Shown in pieces: positions 45,439 through 54,805 of a stretch of DNA of 64,000 nucleotides (position 1 is the first letter of the stretch; every line of letters begins with the position of its first letter). The translations under genes and the position numbers were made by a program. The notes under the pieces are model-generated. The model worked only from the letters and a program-made list of their open reading frames with translations. It did not search any database and was not told the origin of the DNA. Origin of the DNA: a virus; IMG/VR virus record IMGVR_UViG_3300027811_000039, positions 21,149-85,148 of that record; one strand, 5' to 3'.

Positions 45439-46127
45439 TACATCAAATCCCCCATCAATAATTTCGCTAGTTTAAGATCATGTGCCGTATTGATATCCAT
45501 TGCTCTTTCCTCACTCACATAGTAAGGCATTATTTTTGGCATATAAAAATCTTCATACTGCATAAAACTCTTAGTCCTAACGAAAATAATTGAACCATCA
45601 TGGATATATGCCGATTCCAATTCAGTATGTTGAGTATCAATATCATCTGGAAACATCGGTTCCACTAGGCCAGTTTCCTTATTCACCCTAAGCGAATGCT
45701 TGGGTGGATGCTTCAATTTACTCACACTCATTACCCCATTTATCCCTGTATGCTTTTCCATCAATGCTGACGCTGTTCTTAAATCATTAATGGTTCTGAG
45801 TGGTGATGTTGGGATAATTAACGCTATATTATCGAAATGATTTTCTTCCGCACAATATATCTCGGCAAGATATTTTACCAATGTCCTAAGTTTGCAATGA
45901 TCACCACTGAGATTGGGTGGCCTCAAATGCAGGGCCACTTTATATTTTGATGCGATATCTAAAAATGATCTTTCATCACTCGTCACAACAATTTCAGAAA
46001 AAACTCCACTTGCTACCGATATTTCTATTGCGTGTTCCAATAAAGATTTCCCATTAATCATTTGGATATTTTTCTTTAATAATCTCCTTGATCCACCTCT
46101 TGCTGGGATTATAGCTAATGTTCCCAT
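45438..46127 (-). CDS. Acylneuraminate cytidylyltransferase (NeuA/PseF/SpsF family)
   Basis: AIIPARGGSRRL..KNI..+NGK.L...PTSPLR...DI.T..D. Confidence 0.93.
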   Translation of the reverse strand: MGTLAIIPARGGSRRLLKKNIQMINGKSLLEHAIEISVASGVFSEIVVTSDERSFLDIASKYKVALHLRPPNLSGDHCKLRTLVKYLAEIYCAEENHFDNIALIIPTSPLRTINDLRTASALMEKHTGINGVMSVSKLKHPPKHSLRVNKETGLVEPMFPDDIDTQHTELESAYIHDGSIIFVRTKSFMQYEDFYMPKIMPYYVSEERAMDINTAHDLKLAKLLMGDLM

Positions 46128-46146
46128 CCTTTTCCCCCCGCTTCAC

Positions 46147-46851
46147 CTACACCAACATAGCCACCAAATTCCATGTTGCTTCTTTATTTTTTTCTGGTGT
46201 GATAATTTGAGATTCTTTATACTCTAACAACTCTATCTCAAATCCAGATTCAGCAAAAATACTACTAAGATGTTCCTTCGTGCTAAAATGTACTGCTCCA
46301 CAACCTGAAAATTTTCCCGCATTGAACATGAATGTAAATGGATCACCCGCATTATCCTCAGTTACTCTCCCAACCCTTTCACCATGTTCCCATGCAAACC
46401 AATCAATGCCAACAAACTTTCCTGCTGGTTTTAACTTTTCTGCTATAAATGCCAAAGAATCCAAAATGCTCATTGTCGTATTATGTGTCAAGGAACTTCT
46501 ATCAATCACAAGATCAAATTTTTCATCGAATGGAATTATTTTAGTAAAATCAGCATTGACAACCTTATCTGCTATTTCTGGATATTTATCACGAATCAAC
46601 TTAACGGCTGTCGGACTACCTTCAATTGCATAATATTGAACACCAATGGAAAGGAAATAAGGTATATTTGCACCAATTCCCGGCCCCAACTCTAAGACCT
46701 TATCACCCTCCACCAAATTAGCATATCGTTTTACATATTTGATCAAATCAGTCCAAGGCCACAATGAATGGCTCTTTCCCACTAGATATCTCTCTTCCCA
46801 CTCTTTTGCTATCATCATTCCACCACCATATAACTCATAGTGGGACACCAT
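46147..46851 (-). CDS. Class I SAM-dependent methyltransferase (start probably near 46815)
   Basis: KVLELGPGIG...YAIEGS...FDLVIDR.SL.H. Confidence 0.85.
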   Translation of the reverse strand: MVSHYELYGGGMMIAKEWEERYLVGKSHSLWPWTDLIKYVKRYANLVEGDKVLELGPGIGANIPYFLSIGVQYYAIEGSPTAVKLIRDKYPEIADKVVNADFTKIIPFDEKFDLVIDRSSLTHNTTMSILDSLAFIAEKLKPAGKFVGIDWFAWEHGERVGRVTEDNAGDPFTFMFNAGKFSGCGAVHFSTKEHLSSIFAESGFEIELLEYKESQIITPEKNKEATWNLVAMLV

Positions 46852-47498
46852 TCAAATCTCTGTAACCGAATATTTTTTAGTCCTAACGTTTCCCTAATTG
46901 CTAATGTTTCACCGGGCCAATTTTCATTATTTGCCTCGTCAAAAGCTATCACCGAACCCCTGACTATTCTTTCTTTGCATAATTCTAAGCACACCCTTGT
47001 TGGCTCATATATATCAAAATCAAAATATGCTAGAGCAACAATTGTTTCTGGATGTTTACGAAAATAATCTGGCAAGCTAAAAAGCACATTCCCTTTCACC
47101 AACTCATGTTTAGATATGTGGCTAATAGGACTTGCCTTTTCTTGTTCCACCAATATTTTTTCTAGATATTCTTGGTAGTTTTTAGTAACTCCCATATCTC
47201 CAATTTTTGCATCCCCATCATATTCAGACACTTGTGGGAATCCCTCGAAAGTATCAAAACCAACAATCTTTCTTGTATAATTAAACGGTTCAAACATCCC
47301 TCTTAGGCATTCAAATATAGCCATATCTTGACCCCATCTAACTCCAAACTCAAAGATATTACCATGAACATTTATGATCTTCCTATATAATTCATAAAGG
47401 AATATAACTCTGGTTAATGGCTGTCTCTTGATAAATAAATTAAGATTAGATAACATTTCATGCTCAGGTATCGGACAATCCACAAACATACTTATCAT
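46815..47498 (-). CDS. TylF/MycF-family sugar O-methyltransferase
   Basis: G.IFEFGV..G...GFDTFEGFP...ALAY.D.D.YEPT...G.+IAFDE. Confidence 0.85.
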   Translation of the reverse strand: MISMFVDCPIPEHEMLSNLNLFIKRQPLTRVIFLYELYRKIINVHGNIFEFGVRWGQDMAIFECLRGMFEPFNYTRKIVGFDTFEGFPQVSEYDGDAKIGDMGVTKNYQEYLEKILVEQEKASPISHISKHELVKGNVLFSLPDYFRKHPETIVALAYFDFDIYEPTRVCLELCKERIVRGSVIAFDEANNENWPGETLAIRETLGLKNIRLQRFEWCPTMSYMVVE

Positions 47499-48241
47499 TT
47501 AACTACCCCATCCAAAGTTATTTTTTTAACATTACCGCTCATGATTATATCCAAAGAATTCGGCCCCTCGTTGAATAAAAGGTCAATTATGCCCATAAAA
47601 GGAATGAACTCCCCATGCAATTGCCGATATATCGGGTGGATATATTCCTGAAAATAAGGTTGGATATTATTTACCCTAAACGATTCCCTATTTGCATAAT
47701 TCTGACCTTGCCCACCAAAGATATAGATATCAGCTTCGAGTGTCTTGCACATATCTAAAACAAGATCATTCTTGACACCCTCAAAGCTATAATTAACCGC
47801 ATAGTCAACTTCTGTCTTAATACCTAATATCTTCAAATACCAATCAAACATATGGTTGTTTAAATCAATCAGATATTTCCAATCTCGTCTATAAACATCT
47901 TTAAAAAATTCTGCATATTCATTAAAATATTTAGCTTTTTTATAAGCTAAGTAGATCGAAGTCCAATTCTTATCTCTCCATCTGGTGCTGTTATTTATCT
48001 CGATCTCAGCTATGGTTTTATTACGGTGATCTTTCTTTAATACAGGAACAGTCAACCACATATAACCAGAATGTGTCTTTATCTTGTTCCTATTCATCCA
48101 ATCCTTATTGCAATATTGAACTTGATCAAAATGGATATATTTATCAGCCAATGCAACCTTGTGAAACAACCCCAACCAAGGTACATAGCTAGTTTGATGT
48201 GCTGTTAATACCATCAATTTATTCGGACTTAAAACAGGCAT
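47495..48241 (-). CDS. WbqC-family protein
   Basis: HQ..Y+PWLG.F.K...D.VQY....W.NRN+IKT...WLT+PV...Y.Q..GEF+P.+.I+DLLFN.G. Confidence 0.9.
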   Translation of the reverse strand: MPVLSPNKLMVLTAHQTSYVPWLGLFHKVALADKYIHFDQVQYCNKDWMNRNKIKTHSGYMWLTVPVLKKDHRNKTIAEIEINNSTRWRDKNWTSIYLAYKKAKYFNEYAEFFKDVYRRDWKYLIDLNNHMFDWYLKILGIKTEVDYAVNYSFEGVKNDLVLDMCKTLEADIYIFGGQGQNYANRESFRVNNIQPYFQEYIHPIYRQLHGEFIPFMGIIDLLFNEGPNSLDIIMSGNVKKITLDGVVK

Positions 48242-49194
48242 TCCTTCACCACCATTATTATAAATTCCACCTCTTCATCGGTGAGATTCGGATAAATCGG
48301 TAATGATACTAGACTTCTAGTAAGTTCTAATGCATTCGGGAAATATTCCTTTATGCCCAATAACTCCGATTCCACAATCGGTATAATCGCCCTAATGCCA
48401 TGCAATGCCAATACCTTAACAAGTACCCTCGCCTTACTAGTTATCAATATAGCCCTATACCTGACATCCTCTATATTTTCCTTCTTACTCCACAACATAG
48501 GCAACCCAGCCATAACATATTTGCTGAATATTTCTTCCCTACGTTCAATGAACCTTCCCAACTTAGCTAATTGAACCCTGCCAATCGCTGCTTGTAAATC
48601 AGTCATTTGAAAATTAAATCTTGGCTTTAGGTCATCCCTCATATCAAATTCTCTGAAATCCCTTATTTCATCTATTTGATCTCTTGACCACGATACAACT
48701 GCCCCACCCTGTCCACCACTAGTAATAATCTTTGTTGCCGAAAATGAGAATACCCCATAATCTCCAATTGTCCCAACGAATCTGTCATTAACCTTCGCAC
48801 CCAATGCCTGTGCTGCATCTTCAATGAACGGTGTTTTCATACTCTGAATATAATTAGGGAATCCAAACATATGAGTAACGATATTCAAATCAATTGCATC
48901 CACATCCTTAGGACACGGAACACAATTTGCCATAATTATGGCATTTCTCACGGATGAACAAGTATAAATCGGATATGATACCCTCTCTATTCCTAGTTGC
49001 CTTATCGCTAAATATAAAGCTGCAGTTCCACTACTAACGGCTACTGCATGACCATCTGGAATTCCAAGATACCTGCACAATTCATTTTCAAATCCCTCAA
49101 CCTCTTTGCCTTGTCCAACCCATCCAGATTCAATAACCCTATTTGCAGCCCTCATTTCATCCGTGCCCATAGTTGGGCAATTATGAGCTATCAT
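48229..49194 (-). CDS. DegT/DnrJ/EryC1/StrS PLP aminotransferase
   Basis: AVSSGTAAL...IEDAAQA.G...FSFSATK.IT.G..GG. Confidence 0.9.
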   Translation of the reverse strand: MIAHNCPTMGTDEMRAANRVIESGWVGQGKEVEGFENELCRYLGIPDGHAVAVSSGTAALYLAIRQLGIERVSYPIYTCSSVRNAIIMANCVPCPKDVDAIDLNIVTHMFGFPNYIQSMKTPFIEDAAQALGAKVNDRFVGTIGDYGVFSFSATKIITSGGQGGAVVSWSRDQIDEIRDFREFDMRDDLKPRFNFQMTDLQAAIGRVQLAKLGRFIERREEIFSKYVMAGLPMLWSKKENIEDVRYRAILITSKARVLVKVLALHGIRAIIPIVESELLGIKEYFPNALELTRSLVSLPIYPNLTDEEVEFIIMVVKECLF

Positions 49195-49640
49195 GGCCTA
49201 ATATAATATCCTGCTCTGATATTCATCGGATTCCCCCAAACCAAAGAATAAGGCGGGATCTTCCCCGGCCCAACCATTGTTCCAGCAACAATAACCGAAT
49301 GATGCCCTATAGTAGTTCCACCCTTTACAACTGAATGTGAACCAATGAAAACATTGTTCCCGATCCAAATCCCTTTTCGTTCAATATCTTCTGAGAATCC
49401 AAGGCATTTTTTATGGGAATCTGCTGCATTGATAGCAACAAATGAAGCAATATCACAATCATTTTGGATCACAACATTCACACCTTTGGCATTTATTTCA
49501 GAAAACGCCCCAATGTAAACATTATCCCCAATCACAGGACTTCCCTTAACGATCACCATCGGATGGAATCTATTTATATCCAACCCCAATAATTCAATGA
49601 TTATCTTTTTCATTCTCGCTTTTAAGGATATCTTTATCAT
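49191..49640 (-). CDS. Hexapeptide-repeat (left-handed beta-helix) acyltransferase
   Basis: IGDNVYIGA...IG.NVFIG..SV+..G..IG..S+I.AG. Confidence 0.85.
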   Translation of the reverse strand: MIKISLKARMKKIIIELLGLDINRFHPMVIVKGSPVIGDNVYIGAFSEINAKGVNVVIQNDCDIASFVAINAADSHKKCLGFSEDIERKGIWIGNNVFIGSHSVVKGGTTIGHHSVIVAGTMVGPGKIPPYSLVWGNPMNIRAGYYIRP

Positions 49641-50634
49641 TCAACTTTTCCCCTTTTCCAATATCCCTAGAAGCAATCATGCCTAAGAATAGATCAATAT
49701 TTATTGGTGCCAACCCATCACTCGGACGCATCATGCCTAAATTTTTATCCGTAAATAGATCCCCTGCTTTTATATCTAATATTGCTGTCAAACTTCTTCT
49801 AGCTATCTTCCTCATGGCCTCTTCTTTTTTAGTCGGCCTCAACCCACTAGAACCAAGCATTTTGTCTGCTTTGTGAATTGCCTCAACCCAATCTTTCAGA
49901 TCTTGGGGATTCTTGCTGAATTTATGATCTGGCCCAATATCACTATTGGATAGAGTAAAATGTGTCTCAAATACTCTTGCCCCGAAACCCAACGCCAACA
50001 CCGCAGCAATATGTCCTGTTGTATGATCCGAATAACCAAGCAACATATTCGGTAACACCTTTGAAATCTTATCCAACTTTTTCATATTCACTTCATCTGG
50101 CATTGTTGGATATAAAGATGTGCAATGCAGGATAATAAGAGGATAATCATCATCATTCCCCTTTATCACATTAACTGCTTTCTCGATCTCTTCTTGATGT
50201 GCCATCCCGCACCCTAGAATGATAGGTAATTTTGTTGCCGAATATTTCCTAAGCAATGGTAAATTATTCAGATCATCCGAACCAACTTTTATTGCCTTGA
50301 TACCCAAATCTAAAAGCAATTCTAAATCCGAATAGTTTTGTGGCGTTGATAAAAACGTGATACTCAACTGTTCTGTCCACCTTTTTATCTGTCTCCATTC
50401 ATCAACTTCCAACTCACAAGCCTTAAATGTTTTATATAACTCTGCATTAGGATTACAGAATTCATCAGCCTTGAAGGTCTGGAACTTGATCGCATCAACA
50501 CCCGCTCTTTTAGCTGCCCCAACCATCTCCATTGCTGTTTTCAGATTACCATTATGATTAATCCCAACCTCAGCTATAGTAAATGGTCTATGATATCTAC
50601 TTATCGTCCTGCCCCTAATCTGGATTTCCCTCAT
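49594..50634 (-). CDS. N-acetylneuraminate-synthase family (NeuB/PseI/SpsE) with SAF domain, copy 2
   Basis: IAEVG+NHNG...DAIKFQTF...KVGS.D..N..L...LHC.S.YPT...GYSDHT.G...E.HFTL...GPDH. Confidence 0.93.
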   Translation of the reverse strand: MREIQIRGRTISRYHRPFTIAEVGINHNGNLKTAMEMVGAAKRAGVDAIKFQTFKADEFCNPNAELYKTFKACELEVDEWRQIKRWTEQLSITFLSTPQNYSDLELLLDLGIKAIKVGSDDLNNLPLLRKYSATKLPIILGCGMAHQEEIEKAVNVIKGNDDDYPLIILHCTSLYPTMPDEVNMKKLDKISKVLPNMLLGYSDHTTGHIAAVLALGFGARVFETHFTLSNSDIGPDHKFSKNPQDLKDWVEAIHKADKMLGSSGLRPTKKEEAMRKIARRSLTAILDIKAGDLFTDKNLGMMRPSDGLAPINIDLFLGMIASRDIGKGEKLNDKDILKSENEKDNH

Positions 50635-51710
50635 ACAAAACTAGTCCAATCATCCCATGTTATAACTTCATTCTTGGCAATATCCCTATTCACTCTCTTA
50701 CCGATCATTTGACCCATATAAAGAGGTGACACCCCAGTTCCCGGCCTCTTTGCACATAACATATCTTTGGTGATCACTTCACCCTCCGATATATTACAAT
50801 CTGCAACGATACTCGTTAAATACAAACATTTCATGGATAAATCTTCGATTGAAGGTTTTAATGCTTTTTCACCCATCACCAACTCAGCCTGTCTAATGTT
50901 CTTTACCCACTTCCTAAACTCAATCGGATCTAGTGCTTTGCTGTGATGATGCCCAACTGTATCCCTATTCATTGTCATCCTTTTTTCCATCAATTCTGCA
51001 CCCAACGCAACTGCCATTACATCGACTTTTGCATCTCTTGAATCTGCAGAATATCCAACTGGAATCCCTAACATCTCTTTTAAATATGGGATGCTGTTTA
51101 GATTTATTTTCTCTACCGAACTCGCATGGCTGCAATAAACCAACATGACCTCTGTTGCTCCATGCTTTTCAAGGAACTCCAATATCTGAACAACCTCACC
51201 CATGATTGCTGGCCCCAAATCAATCTGAATCGGCTTGCCTGTCTTTGCGACTGCTTCAAGTAATGGGTAATTCCTAAGATCCCATGAACCTATTTTATAA
51301 GCAGAAACATTAGCGTCTTCTGCCCATTGAACACTTCGCAACGAATCCACCGACAAATAAAAAGTTATCCCGATACTTTTTGCATATCTGGACAACTCTA
51401 TCAATTCCAATGGGCTAAATTGATGTTTCTTTAACATTTCAAACATATTTTCTTCTTGAATCCCACTAGAAGTCTCATATCTATATTTTACCGATTTATC
51501 CGACATAAAACCTTCACAATCAATAGTCTGAAACTTTACAGCATTTGCTTCTGCAACTTTTGCCTCATAGATCAATTCCTTTGCTGTCTCTAGACATCCA
51601 CAAGCCGTCACTCCTGTCTCAACAACAATATAAATTGGGTTCCCTTTTCCTATTTCATTTCCCCCAATATTAAAATGCGACCTGAAATTACTTCTCAGCT
51701 TCATTTTCAT
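50631..51710 (-). CDS. N-acetylneuraminate-synthase family with SAF domain, divergent copy 1
   Basis: AVKFQT...YKIGS.D..NYPL...GYS.D...EKR.T....G.HH...KRPG.G+.P. Several canonical NeuB residues differ (NHNG is TACG, SDH is SAD). Confidence 0.85.
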   Translation of the reverse strand: MKMKLRSNFRSHFNIGGNEIGKGNPIYIVVETGVTACGCLETAKELIYEAKVAEANAVKFQTIDCEGFMSDKSVKYRYETSSGIQEENMFEMLKKHQFSPLELIELSRYAKSIGITFYLSVDSLRSVQWAEDANVSAYKIGSWDLRNYPLLEAVAKTGKPIQIDLGPAIMGEVVQILEFLEKHGATEVMLVYCSHASSVEKINLNSIPYLKEMLGIPVGYSADSRDAKVDVMAVALGAELMEKRMTMNRDTVGHHHSKALDPIEFRKWVKNIRQAELVMGEKALKPSIEDLSMKCLYLTSIVADCNISEGEVITKDMLCAKRPGTGVSPLYMGQMIGKRVNRDIAKNEVITWDDWTSFV

Positions 51711-52222
51711 TTTACCCCCAACTTCAATTCCGCAAGTTTATCAATTGTTCTCTTCTCTAATCTGCTAACATAAGACCTCGAAATACCTATTAACTCTGCA
51801 ATTCTCTCTTGCTTTAATTCATAGTAAATTGCATAGGTAAAAATATCCCTTTGCCTCTGATTCAAAGAATTCAACACACCTCTAATTGCAATTATGTCCA
51901 GAACATTGTCATATTCAAGATGTTTTGAATCTGAAATTGATTCATTTAGATATTCTTTCAACTCTCTAGAAACATTCTTTCTTCTTAATGCCATTTTTAT
52001 CTCATTTTCCATACACTTAACTGCATATGTCGAAAACTTAGTTCCTTTATCTGGATTAAATGTTATTCCTGCTTTACATAAAGCATATGAAAACATAGAA
52101 AAAATTTCATCATAGTTATATGGGTACTCTATAGTACATTTATTTGACCACTTGTTAGCCATATATCTCGCCAGATTTAAGTTATCTTCCACCAATCCCC
52201 TTTGCTCTTCATTTAATTTCAT
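51707..52222 (-). CDS. Sigma-70 family factor, SigK-like region 4
   Basis: FNPDKGTKFSTYAVKCMENEI and IAELIGISRSYVSRLEKR. Confidence 0.85.
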   Translation of the reverse strand: MKLNEEQRGLVEDNLNLARYMANKWSNKCTIEYPYNYDEIFSMFSYALCKAGITFNPDKGTKFSTYAVKCMENEIKMALRRKNVSRELKEYLNESISDSKHLEYDNVLDIIAIRGVLNSLNQRQRDIFTYAIYYELKQERIAELIGISRSYVSRLEKRTIDKLAELKLGVK

Positions 52223-52253
52223 TCGCTTTACCTCCCACCAAAGAGTAAAGCCA

Positions 52254-52844
52254 TCAAGAAACGTGTTCTATTTCACTCGACTTCCTATTGAATTTCGCAA
52301 GTTTGTCAATGATTCTTTTTTCCAATCTACTAATATACGATTGCGATATTTTCAATTTGTCTGCTATGACTTTTTGCGATTCTTTATGGAAATAACGCAT
52401 AGTTATGATTTTCAATTCACGTTCTTTCAATATCTTTATCGCATCTTTAGCACACATTAAATCTAGTATCGCATCATATTGCAAATGATCATTATTGCTA
52501 ATGAACTCCTCTAACTCAACCGTATTCCCATCCGAATCCTCTGACATAATTCCATTTAGATATAGATCTGGCCCATTTCTCAACTGATTACCTTTTTTCC
52601 TGAAAGCCATTTTTATCTCATTCTCCATACATCTAGCAGCATAAGTTGCGAATTTAGCACCAGCTAAATTATCTGGATCAAAACTTCTTGCAGCTTTACA
52701 TAATGCAAATGAGAACATCGAAAAAATATCATCATGATCGAAATTCTGGACTCCACATTTCACCCATTTATGTGCCATATATCTAGCCAAATTTATATTG
52801 TCCTCAACTAATTTCCTTTGTTCTTCATTCATAATCATTTCCAT
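52254..52844 (-). CDS. Sigma-70 family factor, SigE-like region 4
   Basis: KFATYAARCMENEI and SQK.IAD.L.ISQSYISRLEKRII. Confidence 0.88.
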   Translation of the reverse strand: MEMIMNEEQRKLVEDNINLARYMAHKWVKCGVQNFDHDDIFSMFSFALCKAARSFDPDNLAGAKFATYAARCMENEIKMAFRKKGNQLRNGPDLYLNGIMSEDSDGNTVELEEFISNNDHLQYDAILDLMCAKDAIKILKERELKIITMRYFHKESQKVIADKLKISQSYISRLEKRIIDKLAKFNRKSSEIEHVS

Positions 52845-52889
52845 TTGCCTTCCCCCTCACAAGAAAACAAAAAAACGACTTTCGCCGTT

Positions 52890-53951
52890 TTACCTTGACG
52901 CTTCTCCCAACGCCATTATTATTAACTTTTGTTCATACTCACTCATGCTCGGATACAATGGAATGGTCAATAGGTATTTCCAGATCCTTTCCGCTATCGG
53001 TGTGGCTCCCGCCATATCATAGAAACTTTGGAGTGTTACTGGCCTGTAATGGATTTGAGTATTAATTTTGTATTCCTTCAACTTTTCGATAAACCTATCA
53101 CGATGTTGGGTTAATATTATATAAATGTGCCTTGCATTAGTCCTATTCTGCTCCTGCACAATTTTAGCAATATCTAATTCATCTAGAGCTTTGTCATAAA
53201 CACTAGATAATCTCTGTCTCGCCAAAACCAATTCTGGAATCCTTTTTATCTGGTTTAAACATAACCCAGCCTGAATATCTGACATTCTGTAATTATATCC
53301 AAGGAATATGGTATCCCCGTTTTCCCTTCCATGATTCCTGAATGCTTTCATGATCCTATAATTCTCTTCGCTGTTTGTGGTTATTATTCCACCCTCACCA
53401 CTAGTGATTAATTTAGATGGATGTAAACTGAAACAACTTAGGTCAACAAGGGTTCCAACCTTTTTGCCCATATATGATGCACCCAACGAATGACAAGCAT
53501 CAGCAACTACCTTTAGGCAATATCTTTTCGCTATACCATTGATCCATTCATAATCTACTGGTTGCCCTGCGAAATCTACTGGGATAATTGCTTTGGTTTT
53601 ATATGTGATCTTCCTTTCGATATCTGCAGGATCAATCAATAATGTTCTTTCACATATATCCGCAAATACAGGAACCCCACCCATATATTTCACCACATTT
53701 GCTGTTGCAACGAATGTCATGGATGGAACAATCACTTCATCCCCCGGCCTGATCCCTATCGCCATCAATGCAGTATGGAGTGCTGCTGTCCCGCTTGATA
53801 CAGCTACCGCATATTTTGCACCAACCGATTTTCTGAATTCATCTTCAAATACTTCTATGATCTCACCCTGCGTAATGCTTTTTCCTCTAAGAACCCTTAT
53901 GACCTCTTCAATATCTTCATCCTCTAACTGGTGTTTTGCATAGGGAATCAA
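52890..53951 (-). CDS. pseC: UDP-4-amino-4,6-dideoxy-HexNAc aminotransferase (PseC-like)
   Basis: IPYAKH.+..EDIE.V..VL....ITQG...DACHSLG...SLHP.K.IT+GEGG...LGYNYRM+DIQ. TTG start at 53951 with AGGAGG RBS. Confidence 0.85.
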   Translation of the reverse strand: MIPYAKHQLEDEDIEEVIRVLRGKSITQGEIIEVFEDEFRKSVGAKYAVAVSSGTAALHTALMAIGIRPGDEVIVPSMTFVATANVVKYMGGVPVFADICERTLLIDPADIERKITYKTKAIIPVDFAGQPVDYEWINGIAKRYCLKVVADACHSLGASYMGKKVGTLVDLSCFSLHPSKLITSGEGGIITTNSEENYRIMKAFRNHGRENGDTIFLGYNYRMSDIQAGLCLNQIKRIPELVLARQRLSSVYDKALDELDIAKIVQEQNRTNARHIYIILTQHRDRFIEKLKEYKINTQIHYRPVTLQSFYDMAGATPIAERIWKYLLTIPLYPSMSEYEQKLIIMALGEASR

Positions 53952-53973
53952 AGTTCCTCTACCTCCTAACATC

Positions 53974-54498
53974 CTAGAAAGCATTCCAAATGAACTCTTT
54001 GGCATAAACCTCATAGCACAATTTCCCGCCCCACCCTGCAAACTCGATTGGCTTTCTGCTTTTATATATAGATTCCAAGACCGAAACTTTAACAATCGTG
54101 TAGGTAGGATCATTGGATTTATAACCATTGACCCAAATTATTGCTGCATTTTGGCGAATATAACTTTCAAGTTGACCCTTCTTTAATCTGAATTTCACCA
54201 ACTTGTTGTTATTTGCTTTCACTTCAACAGGTTTTCCATTTAGGAGGAAATCTGCCTTAGTAGTAACTTCTGAATCATCTAGATAATCACCCGAATTGTC
54301 ACATCCATTTTCCTCAATTACCAACTCTTTACCATATTTTGATTCATAAATTTTTTTATATCTTTGAATAATATCTCGTTCCCTAGCCGTACTAACTGCA
54401 ATATCTTTTTCAAACACTTCCCTTGTTCTAGAATCCATTCGGTAATCAATTACAATAATTATCACCTTCATATGGATAAAAGAAAAAACCGCATTCAA
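53974..54498 (-). CDS. PD-(D/E)XK-like nuclease-fold protein (start uncertain, possibly 54438)
   Basis: KADFLLNGKPVEVK motif. Confidence 0.55.
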   Translation of the reverse strand: MNAVFSFIHMKVIIIVIDYRMDSRTREVFEKDIAVSTARERDIIQRYKKIYESKYGKELVIEENGCDNSGDYLDDSEVTTKADFLLNGKPVEVKANNNKLVKFRLKKGQLESYIRQNAAIIWVNGYKSNDPTYTIVKVSVLESIYKSRKPIEFAGWGGKLCYEVYAKEFIWNAF

Positions 54499-54503
54499 GC
54501 AGT

Positions 54504-54776
54504 TTATTGGAATTGCATTATTCGATATTTCCTCTCAGCAGATACCACATATGTCCCATCCTCAGTTTTCTCGACTACCATTACATATTCTGGTGGACAT
54601 TGGCCCTGCTCTATTTCCTCAAATAAATCTGAAATAGCGATATATTCCATTGTATCTTTATGGAACATCATTTCTGCTCTATATATAATCATTCTCCCTG
54701 TGATTGCCATAACCAACTCTGGCGATTCTAAAATATCTGATCTCGGAATATCAAATTGTCCCAACCTCAAATTCAA
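54504..54776 (-). CDS. Hypothetical protein
   Basis: 90-aa ORF with TTG start, immediately downstream of the repeat array. Confidence 0.55.
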   Translation of the reverse strand: MNLRLGQFDIPRSDILESPELVMAITGRMIIYRAEMMFHKDTMEYIAISDLFEEIEQGQCPPEYVMVVEKTEDGTYVVSAERKYRIMQFQ

Positions 54777-54805
54777 GGTTTATTCCCACTTTCCAATTTG
54801 ATTTT

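Noticed and set aside
53952-54128. N-terminal extension of PseC in the ORF track
   Set aside because: It overlaps the upstream gene. A TTG with an AGGAGG RBS at 53951 gives the normal PseC start.
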